A stretch of 33,356 nucleotides of DNA from Candidatus Nitrosotenuis sp. (GCA_023252015.1 JAHEXS010000001.1:1-33356), one strand, 5' to 3'; positions 9,025 through 18,869 are shown, numbered from the stretch's first letter. The notes: generated by a model not told the origin, from the letters alone. Translations and numbers: made by a program.

Positions 9025-10158
9025 ATGACTACTCAGCTACCACCTGGATTGCAATTAGAAAAAGTAGACGAACGTATTATGACGCTTAACGTTGGCCCGC
9101 AACATCCTGGCTCTGGCCACATGAGACTGATAATCAAAGTGGATGGCGACTATATCGTGTCATGTGATCCGGATCCTGGTTATGTGCACAGAGGAGAAGA
9201 AAAGATGGCAGAATACCGAAACTATATCGTAAACATTCCTCACCTTGAAAGACCTGTAATTCATGACTCTTGCAACGTGTTATACCCATACTGTCTTGGT
9301 GTGGAGGAACTACTGGGATTGGAGGTTCCAGAACGCGCAAAATACCTCCGGGTTATAGCATCGGAGCTCAACAGGTGCGTCTATATCCAGTATTGGCTTG
9401 CAATATACGGAATATTTCTTGGACACTCTACAATGTTCATGTGGCCTGCAGGCGACAGGGAACTACTCATTGATCTTTTAGAAAAAATTACCGGCGCTCG
9501 AGTAACGCACGCATACTTTGTCCCAGGTGGAATTAGAAATGACGTTCCCGCAAACTTTGAAGACATGTGCCTCAAGCGCGTCAATTATTTTGAAAAGCGA
9601 ATCAAAGAATACGCCGCAATATTTTACGACAATCCAATTTTAATATCCAGAACACAAGGAGCTGGAGTTCTGTCGCGCGAAGATGCAATACGACTTGGAA
9701 CAACTGGCTCTACTTTGCGTGCAAGCGGAGTTGACTTTGACCTAAGAAAGAAAGAACCATACGATGCATATGGCGAGCTCGATGTTCACTCTAATGTTCT
9801 AAAGGACGGCGATTCTTATGCCCGCTCAAAGATCCCGTGGCTTGACATGCTTGAAAGCTGTAACATCATCAGACAAGCATTGCAAAAAATGCCCAAGTCC
9901 GGCTCCGTTAGAGTAAAACTAAAACCAAATCCAAAGGGCGGAAACGACGAAGTCTACAAACGAGTAGAATCCGGTCGCGGCTCACTTGGATGCTACATTG
10001 TATCGCGCAGTCAACCAGAACCATACCGTCTCAAGCTTAGTGTTGGTTCCTTTAGGAATCTAATATGTATGCCATATTTGCTAAAGGGCGAAAAATTAGG
10101 AAACATGCCAGCAGTTTATTGGAGTCTTAACTACTGGCCGGTGGAGGCTGACCGATAA
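9025..10158 (+). CDS. nuoD: Complex I subunit D
   Basis: LNVGPQHPG, GYVHRGEEK, ESGRG, C-terminal EADR; no NiFe CxxC ligands. Confidence 0.96.
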   Translation: MTTQLPPGLQLEKVDERIMTLNVGPQHPGSGHMRLIIKVDGDYIVSCDPDPGYVHRGEEKMAEYRNYIVNIPHLERPVIHDSCNVLYPYCLGVEELLGLEVPERAKYLRVIASELNRCVYIQYWLAIYGIFLGHSTMFMWPAGDRELLIDLLEKITGARVTHAYFVPGGIRNDVPANFEDMCLKRVNYFEKRIKEYAAIFYDNPILISRTQGAGVLSREDAIRLGTTGSTLRASGVDFDLRKKEPYDAYGELDVHSNVLKDGDSYARSKIPWLDMLESCNIIRQALQKMPKSGSVRVKLKPNPKGGNDEVYKRVESGRGSLGCYIVSRSQPEPYRLKLSVGSFRNLICMPYLLKGEKLGNMPAVYWSLNYWPVEADR

Positions 10159-11460
10159 ATGTCTGCAATTGCACCAAAATTTCGCTTTAGCTATTTCATA
10201 AAGTCAATACTTGACAATGCGTTTTGGGCAGTCACACTCTTTGCGTTAATTGGAATTCCAATCATGATGGTGCTCTTTTTCTATTTTAATCTGCCAGTGA
10301 TGAACGACAAACTCACGACACCATACCTGATGCTTACAACAATTGCAGATCCATCAAGACAAATTCCTCTTCTAAAATCCCTTATCCACACTGACTTTTT
10401 CAGAATCACCGCATTTCCTGGATTTGGATTTGCAGCATTGCTTGCAGCTGCAACAATTTTCATTGAAAGAAAAATGCTCGCCAAACTTCAGCTGAGAGTC
10501 GGGCCGTTTTACTGTGGTAAAATTGAAGGAATATTACAGCTGGCGGGGGACGGACTCAAACTAATATCAAAAGAAATCATCATTCCTGCAAAGGCAGACA
10601 AGCCAATATTCTGGGCAGCCCCTGTCCTCTTTGTTGCAACTGCGGCCGCATTTGTGGCACTGATCCCAGTTGCAGGCGGCGGATGGGTTGTTGCAGACAT
10701 CGATGTTGGACTGCTTGCAGTATTTGCCATAATTGGATTCTTCCCAATTATAACGGTCCTGTCTGCATGGTCTGCAAACAGCAAGTTCCCGTTCATTGGC
10801 GGAATAAGGGCACTGCACCAAATGATCTCATTTGAAATCCCGTTAATTCTGTCAGTACTTGGAGTCGTAATTCTGACTGGCTCGCTAAACCTGTCAGAAA
10901 TTGTCCAAAGTCAGATACACTACTGGTGGATTGTCTTTCTCCCAATTGGTGCAATTGTGTTCTTTATAGCAATGCTTGCCGAACTTGAAAGAATTCCGTT
11001 TGATCTTCCAGAGGCAGAAAGCGAAATTGTTGCAGGATGGCTTACCGAGTTTTCAGGAATGATGTATGGATTGGTTCAGCTTGGCTCATATGTCAAACTA
11101 TATGCGTTTTCAGCCTTGTTTGTCGTGCTGTTCTTGGGCGGCTGGAACGGACCGATGGTGTGGCCGCCATTCCCAGAAGAGATCATCAAAAATGGAATAA
11201 CGATGGGACCAATAACTGCACGCTTCCCAGGATTGCCGCTACTTGATCAGCAAATGCTCAACGACACTCTCTGGTTTGTGATAAAAACAATGGGAGTCAT
11301 CTTTATGGTACTGCTCCCAAGAGGTGTATTCCCAAGAATTAGAATTGATCTTCTCTTGCACATTGGTTGGTACAAATTAATTGGATTGTGTTTTGTTAAC
11401 ATCTTTATAGCACTCGGTTTGCTGTATGCAGGAGTACTAGGTCCGGGGGGAATATTGTAA
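10159..11460 (+). CDS. nuoH: Complex I subunit H
   Basis: ERKMLAKLQLRVGP, DGLKLISKE, RIPFDLPEAESE, PRIRIDLL. Confidence 0.95.
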   Translation: MSAIAPKFRFSYFIKSILDNAFWAVTLFALIGIPIMMVLFFYFNLPVMNDKLTTPYLMLTTIADPSRQIPLLKSLIHTDFFRITAFPGFGFAALLAAATIFIERKMLAKLQLRVGPFYCGKIEGILQLAGDGLKLISKEIIIPAKADKPIFWAAPVLFVATAAAFVALIPVAGGGWVVADIDVGLLAVFAIIGFFPIITVLSAWSANSKFPFIGGIRALHQMISFEIPLILSVLGVVILTGSLNLSEIVQSQIHYWWIVFLPIGAIVFFIAMLAELERIPFDLPEAESEIVAGWLTEFSGMMYGLVQLGSYVKLYAFSALFVVLFLGGWNGPMVWPPFPEEIIKNGITMGPITARFPGLPLLDQQMLNDTLWFVIKTMGVIFMVLLPRGVFPRIRIDLLLHIGWYKLIGLCFVNIFIALGLLYAGVLGPGGIL

Positions 11461-11958
11461 ATGGGAACAGCTACTGGAATTATCAAAGCATTAAACTCTG
11501 GAATTAAACATCTTGCCATAAAGCGATTTACGCTCAGATACCCAGAACAGAAACTCAAGTTCGTAGGCGATGGATATCAGTTTGATCCAACAACCGGTGT
11601 AGGAATTGCAGGATACAAGGGCAGACACATGCTGTTTCACGACAAGTGCACAGGTTGCCAGCTGTGTGCCATTGCATGTGAGGGAGTGGCAGAGGCAATA
11701 GGTATGGTAAAGGTACAGGATGAATGGAAACACAACAAAAAGGGAATCATGCCACAAATCGATTATGGAAAATGCGTCTTTTGTGGGCTGTGCGTTGACG
11801 CATGTCCATTTTATGCACTATACATGACAAACGACTATGAATTATCGTCATTTACAAAAGAGGCACTAATCTACACACCTGCCCAACTACAGGTAAAGCC
11901 GTTTGTGCAACAAGATGCAGAAATCATATTTGATTCAAGGGGAGCAACACATGGCTGA
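11461..11958 (+). CDS. nuoI: Complex I subunit I (2x[4Fe-4S])
   Basis: TLRYPE, CTGCQLCAIAC and CVFCGLCVDACP. Confidence 0.95.
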   Translation: MGTATGIIKALNSGIKHLAIKRFTLRYPEQKLKFVGDGYQFDPTTGVGIAGYKGRHMLFHDKCTGCQLCAIACEGVAEAIGMVKVQDEWKHNKKGIMPQIDYGKCVFCGLCVDACPFYALYMTNDYELSSFTKEALIYTPAQLQVKPFVQQDAEIIFDSRGATHG

Positions 11959-12463
11959 CGCAGTGTTTCTGGCAATATCCGTTCTTACAATTGGCTCTGC
12001 AATTGCCGCACTCGAAGTGCGTTCTCTGATTTATGGTTCCATATCACTAATGGGAACACTTGGAGGTGTAGCCGGATACTTTTTGCTGCTTGATTCGCCG
12101 TTTGTCGCAATGTTCCAAATTGCAGTGTATATCGGCTCAATTGCAGTTTTGATTCTATTCACAGTTATGCTGGTACGACGACAACTAATCTTTTTCAAAG
12201 TTGAAGACAAAAGAAGAAGGTATGCTGGGGTAGGCCTGATGCTGATACTGATGGTGGCGCTTGGCACAATAATCTTGGGATCTGGCATCAAGACAATTCA
12301 AACTGATGCATCACCAGTTAACTTTAGAACAATAGGTGAGGACTTTCTGACATACTACTGGCCTGCACTCATACTAATGGCATTGATTCTGGCATCGTCT
12401 GTAATTGGCGCACTAACACTTGCAAGAAGGGAGGACATGGAAAATGAGCAACGAACTAATTGA
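11951..12463 (+). CDS. nuoJ: Complex I subunit J
   Basis: FQIAVYIGSIAVLILF; ATG at 11951 downstream of GGGGAG. Confidence 0.92.
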   Translation: MADAVFLAISVLTIGSAIAALEVRSLIYGSISLMGTLGGVAGYFLLLDSPFVAMFQIAVYIGSIAVLILFTVMLVRRQLIFFKVEDKRRRYAGVGLMLILMVALGTIILGSGIKTIQTDASPVNFRTIGEDFLTYYWPALILMALILASSVIGALTLARREDMENEQRTN

Positions 12464-12749
12464 CTTTGTAATTGTATCAATTGCATTACTTGCAATTGGC
12501 ATTTATGGCGTTTCAGTAAAACGAAATGCGATCCGTATGCTTTTTGCAATTGAAATAATAATCAACGCAGCAAACCTGAACTTGGTTGCCTTTGCAAGAT
12601 ACATTCCAAACAGCAAAGGACAGACGTTTGCATTATTCTCAATCGCAATAGCTGCTGCAGAAGTGGCAGTTGGACTTGCATTGATAATTGTTGCCTACAG
12701 AATGTACAAGAATATAGATATTGCAGAATTTAGGAGCTTGAAGGGCTAA
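12444..12749 (+). CDS. nuoK: Complex I subunit K
   Basis: IEIIINAANLN and AAAEVAVGLA; ATG at 12444 after a GGAGG ribosome-binding site. Confidence 0.93.
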   Translation: MSNELIDFVIVSIALLAIGIYGVSVKRNAIRMLFAIEIIINAANLNLVAFARYIPNSKGQTFALFSIAIAAAEVAVGLALIIVAYRMYKNIDIAEFRSLKG

Positions 12750-14323
12750 TGGAATTTGCATTACTTCAGGCAGTCTTCCTGCCTTTGTTATTGGCACCTG
12801 TAGCATATGTGATTGGCAGAAAGTTTGGTCCAACTGCAGCAACTTGGTTTACATTTGGTCTGCTACTCTACTGCACATTCCTCATAATCGATGTGGCACT
12901 AAGTGGACACTATGAGGAACATTACACTTGGACTAAGCTTTTCGGAGAATTCGGCTTCAAATTAGACGGCCTTGCAATTCCATTTGCAGTCATCATATAC
13001 GTGCTAAGTGCAATTCTTGCATTATACTCACAACCATACATGATACACAAGTTCAAAGAATTCTACGAAGAACACGCGCATTCCCATTCAAGTGAATCTG
13101 GAACAGGTCAATCGACTGCACTAGTGGAATCAACCGCACTTACAACCTATGTGAATAACAAATCTGGTCTGTACTTTGCACTGTATCTTGTGTTTGCAAT
13201 GGGAATGCTTGGAACAGTCCTTGCAACAAACCTGATAGAATTTTACATATTTTTTGAGATAATGCTGATCCCGGCTTTCTTCTTGGTAGCATTCTGGGGA
13301 GACGGACCTAGACGAAGAATTTCTCTTATGTTTTTCTTTTGGACACATGCTGGTGCAGTGGTACTGCTCTTAGGATTTTTGACAATAGGCCTTAACGTCG
13401 GCAGCTTTGACTTTACCGCAATCCAGGAATCAAAGATTCCATCAAATGTTGTAATGCTTGCAGCAGTTGCCATAGTGATAGGCCTTGGAGTAAAGCTTGC
13501 GGCATTTATCTTCCATATTTGGTTACCATATGTTCACGGTGCAGCTCCCACCCCGATCAGTGCGCTATTGTCACCTGCAATGATCGGAATTGGAGCATAC
13601 GGAATATTTCGATTAATAGTTGAGTTTTTGCCAGGTCAATATGCGGAAATGGCACTGTGGCTTCACATATGGGGTCTTGCCACAATGATTTACGGAGGCG
13701 CAATGGCACTCATGCAAGACGACCTGAAGCGACTACTCGCATACTCTAGTGTCTCCCAAATGGGATACATTTTGTTTGGAATTGGCTCTTACTCTACTCT
13801 GGGACTTGCGGGAGCAGAAATGATGTATGTGACCCACGGATTGGGCAAAGCTCTCCTCTTCATGACTGCCGGAATTTTGATTGTCCAGGTCGGATCAAGA
13901 AGCATAAGTAAGCTTGGCGGACTGGCAGGAAAAATGCCAATTACTGCAGTATGCGGTGTCATTGGAGCGCTCACAATAATCGGCGTTCCACCAACTAGTG
14001 GATTCATGGGCGAGTGGACTTTGTTCTATGGTGCACTGGAAACTGCAATTAAGGATCATGCGACAACCGGCTCTATTGTAAGAATGGTCACGTTTGGCCT
14101 GGGTCTTGTAGCTACTGTACTTACAATGTCATACATGCTTTGGATGCTAAAACGCGTATTCTTTGGAAAACTCCCAGAAAACCTATCGCATGTCAAAGAG
14201 GCAAGCTGGTACATGACTGCTCCAATGATGGTGCTTGCAGGATTTACAATTGTTGTCGGTATCTATCCTGATATTTTCTTTAACAACATAATTCCATATA
14301 TGAAGGGAGTTTTGGGTGCATAG
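12749..14323 (+). CDS. nuoM: Complex I subunit M (antiporter-like)
   Basis: FYIFFEIMLIP, HIWLPYVHGAAPT, DLKRLLAYSSVSQMG, PPTSGFMGE. Confidence 0.93.
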   Translation: MEFALLQAVFLPLLLAPVAYVIGRKFGPTAATWFTFGLLLYCTFLIIDVALSGHYEEHYTWTKLFGEFGFKLDGLAIPFAVIIYVLSAILALYSQPYMIHKFKEFYEEHAHSHSSESGTGQSTALVESTALTTYVNNKSGLYFALYLVFAMGMLGTVLATNLIEFYIFFEIMLIPAFFLVAFWGDGPRRRISLMFFFWTHAGAVVLLLGFLTIGLNVGSFDFTAIQESKIPSNVVMLAAVAIVIGLGVKLAAFIFHIWLPYVHGAAPTPISALLSPAMIGIGAYGIFRLIVEFLPGQYAEMALWLHIWGLATMIYGGAMALMQDDLKRLLAYSSVSQMGYILFGIGSYSTLGLAGAEMMYVTHGLGKALLFMTAGILIVQVGSRSISKLGGLAGKMPITAVCGVIGALTIIGVPPTSGFMGEWTLFYGALETAIKDHATTGSIVRMVTFGLGLVATVLTMSYMLWMLKRVFFGKLPENLSHVKEASWYMTAPMMVLAGFTIVVGIYPDIFFNNIIPYMKGVLGA

Positions 14324-14325
14324 TA

Positions 14326-16395
14326 ATGGAACCCTTGTCTGGAATTGCAGTTAGTGGAACTAATGCCTGGGCAGTATGGATACTGCCTTTTGTAGCTGCA
14401 CTAATCATTCCTGCGGTGGGCAAGGCCTCAAAGCGGGCAGCAGGCTGGGTGGCAGTAGCACTTGCACTGGCCAGTGCACTTTACGCTGCAACAATGATTC
14501 CTGGTGCTCTGGCATCACACGAAATTCATGATCAGGTAAACTGGATCTCCTCAATTGGAATCAAGGCCGGAGTTTTAGCTGATCCACTTGCAGTGATAAT
14601 GGCAAACGTTGTCGGCTGGATTTCATTTTTGATTATTGTGTATAGTACTGGATACATGAAGGGAGACAAGGACATTGTTAGATTCTGGTTCTGGATGATG
14701 TTCTTTATTGGCTCAATGCAACTCATCGTACTATCAGACAACCTTCTCATGATGTTCTTTGGATGGGAGGGAGTGGGTCTTGCATCATACGCCCTTATCG
14801 GATTTTGGTATCGCGACAAGGCAAAAGATCATGTCGGTATTGAGGGAAAGAAGGTGCTTGGATTGATGGAATATTACTCCCCGACACACGCAGGAATAAA
14901 GGCCTTCATCATGACCAAAGTAGGTGATATCATGATGCTATCTGGCATGTTTTTGATATTTGCATTTGCAGGAACATTTGGATTTAGAGAATTAATGCAT
15001 GACACTGCTTGGGCAACATCCATGCAAGCACAAGGACTGCTTGTACCTGCAGCAATACTGTTGTTTGGTGGAGCAATTGGAAAATCGGCCCAGTTCCCGC
15101 TAAACGAGTGGCTACTTGAGGCAATGACTGGCCCAACGTCAGTATCTGCACTCATTCACGCAGCCACAATGGTAAAGGCAGGAGTATTCCTAGTTGCAAG
15201 ACTTGGACCGTTGTTCTTTGCACTGGCAGCAGCAGGATTTGCACTGGACCAGTTCTTTACAGTAATTGCATGGGTCGGTGCCATAACTGCACTACTATTA
15301 GCAACACAGGGAATGGTAAACTCGGAAATCAAAAAAGTACTTGCGTATTCCACAGGCTCCCAAATTGGCTACATGATGATGGCACTGGGAATAGCGGGAC
15401 TCTCAAGACAATTTGTTGACGGATACACCGCAGGATTTTTCCATTTGATTTCACACGCAATGTTCAAGGCTTCTTTGTTCATGGCGGCAGGGTCACTGCT
15501 TCATGTAGTTGGTTCTAGATTCATGACAGATATGGGCGGTTTGCGCAAGCACATGAAAAAGACATATGCGTTCATGTGGGCGGCCGGGCTTGGCCTGATG
15601 GGTGCGCCGTTTATCACAACTGGATTTTGGAGCAAGGACGCAATATTTGCAGCGGTATACGAGTCTGGAAGCCAGTGGGCAATTCCATTATTTGCAATAG
15701 CAGTACTGACTGCAGTAATCACGGCATTTTACACTGTTCGAATGATTGGCATGGTCTTCTTTGGCGACAAGAGCAAGCACCTTGAACACATGGAAAAAGA
15801 AGGACATCACATCCATGAGGCACCAATGTCAATGTGGGTACCATACGGAATACTGGCAGCACTGACAATTGGAATTGGCGTAATAGGACTAACTGCAGAA
15901 CATGGAATTCGTGAACTGTTCACAGAATATCTTGCAAACACATTCCACATCGAATCTGCACATATCGCAGTTGAGCAAGGCATGACAATTCCATTCCTTG
16001 AGGGAATCAATCCAGTTGCACTTGGGGCATCGCTTGCGGCATTTACAATAGGCGGAGGACTTGGCTACATCTTCTATATCGGAAGGTTTGTTGATCCTGT
16101 AAAATTTGTAAACTCTAACATTTTCTTTTATTCACTTCACAAAGTGATCCTAAACAGATGGTACCTCAACGCCATGGTCTACTGGTGCTTTGTTGTAGCG
16201 CCACTTTGGATAGTAAGGGGCGTGTGGCGATACTTTGAGAAAACTGTAATTGACACCGGCATTAACATGGGCCTTGAGCGCGCAGTCGGCTGGAGCGCCA
16301 AAGTAGTACAAAAAACACAGACCGGCATTACACAATCATATCTTTACGTATTTGGAGCTGGAATACTTTTCGTAGTCCTGTTTTTGTTTATTTAG
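14326..16395 (+). CDS. nuoL: Complex I subunit L (antiporter-like)
   Basis: GWEGVGLASY, GKSAQFPL, AMTGPTSVSALIHAATMV, HAMFKASLF, GFWSKD, long C-terminal arm. Confidence 0.95.
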   Translation: MEPLSGIAVSGTNAWAVWILPFVAALIIPAVGKASKRAAGWVAVALALASALYAATMIPGALASHEIHDQVNWISSIGIKAGVLADPLAVIMANVVGWISFLIIVYSTGYMKGDKDIVRFWFWMMFFIGSMQLIVLSDNLLMMFFGWEGVGLASYALIGFWYRDKAKDHVGIEGKKVLGLMEYYSPTHAGIKAFIMTKVGDIMMLSGMFLIFAFAGTFGFRELMHDTAWATSMQAQGLLVPAAILLFGGAIGKSAQFPLNEWLLEAMTGPTSVSALIHAATMVKAGVFLVARLGPLFFALAAAGFALDQFFTVIAWVGAITALLLATQGMVNSEIKKVLAYSTGSQIGYMMMALGIAGLSRQFVDGYTAGFFHLISHAMFKASLFMAAGSLLHVVGSRFMTDMGGLRKHMKKTYAFMWAAGLGLMGAPFITTGFWSKDAIFAAVYESGSQWAIPLFAIAVLTAVITAFYTVRMIGMVFFGDKSKHLEHMEKEGHHIHEAPMSMWVPYGILAALTIGIGVIGLTAEHGIRELFTEYLANTFHIESAHIAVEQGMTIPFLEGINPVALGASLAAFTIGGGLGYIFYIGRFVDPVKFVNSNIFFYSLHKVILNRWYLNAMVYWCFVVAPLWIVRGVWRYFEKTVIDTGINMGLERAVGWSAKVVQKTQTGITQSYLYVFGAGILFVVLFLFI

Positions 16396-16405
16396 GAGAA
16401 ATGAA

Positions 16406-17893
16406 ATGATCGAAATAACTTCTCCACCAATAATCCTAATCGCAATACTTGGTACAATTGGAATGCTACTTCCAGTAATCAGCATGATGAGAAAGGAAAA
16501 AGGCTCCTCCTCACTGTATGCGACAATTGCGTTTGGCGCATTGATTGCATCGATTGGATACGTCGCGTACGAAATAGTTACAAACCAGATTCCGCACGCC
16601 GCACTATTCTCAGGAGACGTACTTTCAAACGACTCGTTTAGTGGACTGTTTGCAATTGCAATGCTGATTGTATCCATAATGACTACCGTCGGCTCGTTCA
16701 ACTTCATGAGAAACCAGCCGCACACTGCAGTCTACTACTCCCTGATACTATTAGCAACAATCGGAATGGTGCTTGTTGCATATTCAACTGATTTGGTAAT
16801 GCTGTTTGTTGCATGGGAGCTCATGAGCATCCCGACATATGTCCTTGCAGGATTTATGAAAAAGAATCCAAGCTCAAACGAGGCAGCACTCAAGTACTTT
16901 TTGTTTGGCGCGCTGTCGTCTGCAATCATAGTTTATGGAATTTCTCTAGTCTATGGAATAACTGGCTCTACAAACATTGGCGAGGTGGTGACCGGCCTTG
17001 CACATGTAGACCAGCAAATGATGCCGCTTGCCATTCTGGCAGTCGCAATGTTCATTGCAGGATTTGGATTCAAAATGGGACTTGTTCCATTCCACATGTG
17101 GCTTCCAGACACCTATGAGGGTGCCCCGCCTACCATTACAGCGCTGCTTGCAGCAGGAACCAAAAAGGTAGGATTTGCAGCGGCACTCCGAGTAATCATA
17201 ATGGGAACAATTGTACTGAATCTGGACTGGTCATTTGCACTAGGAGTAATTGCCGTTATGACAATGACTGTTGGCAACATTGCGGCAATCATGCAAAAAA
17301 ATATCTCAAGAATGCTTGCGTATTCCAGCATTGGCCATGCAGGATACATTCTCATTGGGTTAGCAGTAGCGCCGTTTACCGTCCTTGGAATTCAAGGCTC
17401 GCTGTTTCACATTCTGAATCATGCAGTAATGAAGGGTGCAGCATTCATCGCAATCGCAGGCATTGTAACTACCCTTGGCATAACAAATATCGATAAACTA
17501 AAGGGACTTGGCAGGAAAATGCCAATCATATCTGTGGGCCTCGTGGTATCACTCCTTGCACTGGCAGGTGTTCCACCAACTGCTGGATTCTGGAGCAAGC
17601 TGCTGTTGTTTGGCTCGGCACTAGATTCTGGAGTACCCTCCTGGGCACCGTGGCTTGCAATAGCAGGTGTACTGAACAGCGCACTGTCTCTGGCTTACTA
17701 TGGTTGGATAATTCGCAAGATGTACTTTGAGGGGGAGACAGAAAAACGAGTCGTAGAACCAAAATCCATAATTTCCGTAATGGTGTTCTCTACTATTTTC
17801 CTAATTGCAATAGGTGTGTATCCAGATCCAATAATTGACTTTACAAAGAACGCGGTGCCGGCACTCGGTGCTATGATTACACCTTCAGGGTAG
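16406..17893 (+). CDS. nuoN: Complex I subunit N (antiporter-like)
   Basis: EAALKYF, FKMGLVPFHMWLPDTYEGAP, RMLAYSSIGHAGY, GVPPTAGFWSK. Confidence 0.95.
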   Translation: MIEITSPPIILIAILGTIGMLLPVISMMRKEKGSSSLYATIAFGALIASIGYVAYEIVTNQIPHAALFSGDVLSNDSFSGLFAIAMLIVSIMTTVGSFNFMRNQPHTAVYYSLILLATIGMVLVAYSTDLVMLFVAWELMSIPTYVLAGFMKKNPSSNEAALKYFLFGALSSAIIVYGISLVYGITGSTNIGEVVTGLAHVDQQMMPLAILAVAMFIAGFGFKMGLVPFHMWLPDTYEGAPPTITALLAAGTKKVGFAAALRVIIMGTIVLNLDWSFALGVIAVMTMTVGNIAAIMQKNISRMLAYSSIGHAGYILIGLAVAPFTVLGIQGSLFHILNHAVMKGAAFIAIAGIVTTLGITNIDKLKGLGRKMPIISVGLVVSLLALAGVPPTAGFWSKLLLFGSALDSGVPSWAPWLAIAGVLNSALSLAYYGWIIRKMYFEGETEKRVVEPKSIISVMVFSTIFLIAIGVYPDPIIDFTKNAVPALGAMITPSG

Positions 17894-18740
17894 TAAATCT
17901 AAGCAAGTATTCTAAATGCGATTTTGCATTGCTTTCTGAAATCTTTCGCAAGCTTGTAGTTGCTTTTCCCGCATAATCTTTTAGCAGTTTTTCCATGTGG
18001 TTGAAAACATCCCGAGGATCCAAACTCTTTTTCACAAGCAAGTTGAACAGCTTGTCTTCGTTTTTCCAGTCTATCAGATCATCTCTGATTTGGTAAGCGA
18101 TGCCGATGTTTTTTCCATATTCCGACAATGCCATTATCTGTTCTTCGTCTCCTCCTCCAATTATTGCGCCAAGTCTTGCCGCAGTCTCAAAGGCAGTCGC
18201 AGTCTTGTATTCTATGACCTTGAGATAATCGTCAAATGTCAAGTCCTGGCTTGTCTCAAGTCTGGTCTCAATTACCTCGCCCTCGCTCATCAGCATTGCA
18301 GTGTTTGCCAAATCTTTTGTGACTCGGGGGTTGTTTAGTCTTGATGAAATGTTGAGTATCAATCCCAAAACAAAATCGCCAGTCAAAATGCTGGTGTTGT
18401 ACCCGTATTTGATGTGGAAAGGATCCTTGTAGCGTCTTGAGGTCTCGTTGTCAATGATATCGTCATGTATGACTGATTCTGTGTGCAGGAACTCTACTGC
18501 GCATCCAGCAGTATATGCCCGCTCATCTATCTTTCCTACGCATTCTGCGGAAAGAAGCAAAATCAGCGGCCTTATTCTTTTGCCGCCCTCGATTGCGTAT
18601 TTGAGGGGCTGCATAAACTCGGATTGTGAATACAGCGCAAGCTCTGACTCGAGTGCATGATCAATTCTTGTAATATACTCCTTATACGTCTCAAATAATG
18701 GATTTATTTTCAGATTTTTTCGATCCAAAAAACTGCTCAA
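17877..18740 (-). CDS. Trans-polyprenyl diphosphate synthase
   Basis: GGKRIRP, FARM HDDIID..RR, KTA, YQIRDDLID; convergent 17-bp overlap with nuoN. Confidence 0.92.
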   Translation of the reverse strand: MSSFLDRKNLKINPLFETYKEYITRIDHALESELALYSQSEFMQPLKYAIEGGKRIRPLILLLSAECVGKIDERAYTAGCAVEFLHTESVIHDDIIDNETSRRYKDPFHIKYGYNTSILTGDFVLGLILNISSRLNNPRVTKDLANTAMLMSEGEVIETRLETSQDLTFDDYLKVIEYKTATAFETAARLGAIIGGGDEEQIMALSEYGKNIGIAYQIRDDLIDWKNEDKLFNLLVKKSLDPRDVFNHMEKLLKDYAGKATTSLRKISESNAKSHLEYLLRFTTLKV

Positions 18741-18777
18741 GTTTTCCTCTTCCCTAAGAGTATTAATAGTTTGTAGG

Positions 18778-18869
18778 TGCTCCCGCCGGGATTTCCATCA
18801 CGAAGAATTTGGACCCGGGATCTCCGCCTTGAAAGGGCGACATGCTTGACCGGACTACACCACAGGAGC
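18778..18869 (-). tRNA. tRNA-Glu(TTC) with a 16-nt intron at position 59/60 (18792..18807)
   Basis: Minus strand: acceptor GCTCCTG/CGGGAGC+A, anticodon arm TCGCC-CTTTCAA-GGCGG, T-stem CCGGG/CCCGG interrupted by a perfect bulge-helix-bulge. Confidence 0.9.

Noticed and set aside
7942-10158. Possible group 4 [NiFe] hydrogenase
   Set aside because: The large subunit lacks both CxxC Ni ligands and ends in EADR, so it is NuoD.
822-18660. Numerous 60-150 aa antisense or out-of-frame ORFs within the MDR, acc, nuo and prenyltransferase genes
   Set aside because: Shadows of well-supported genes, with no motifs of their own.
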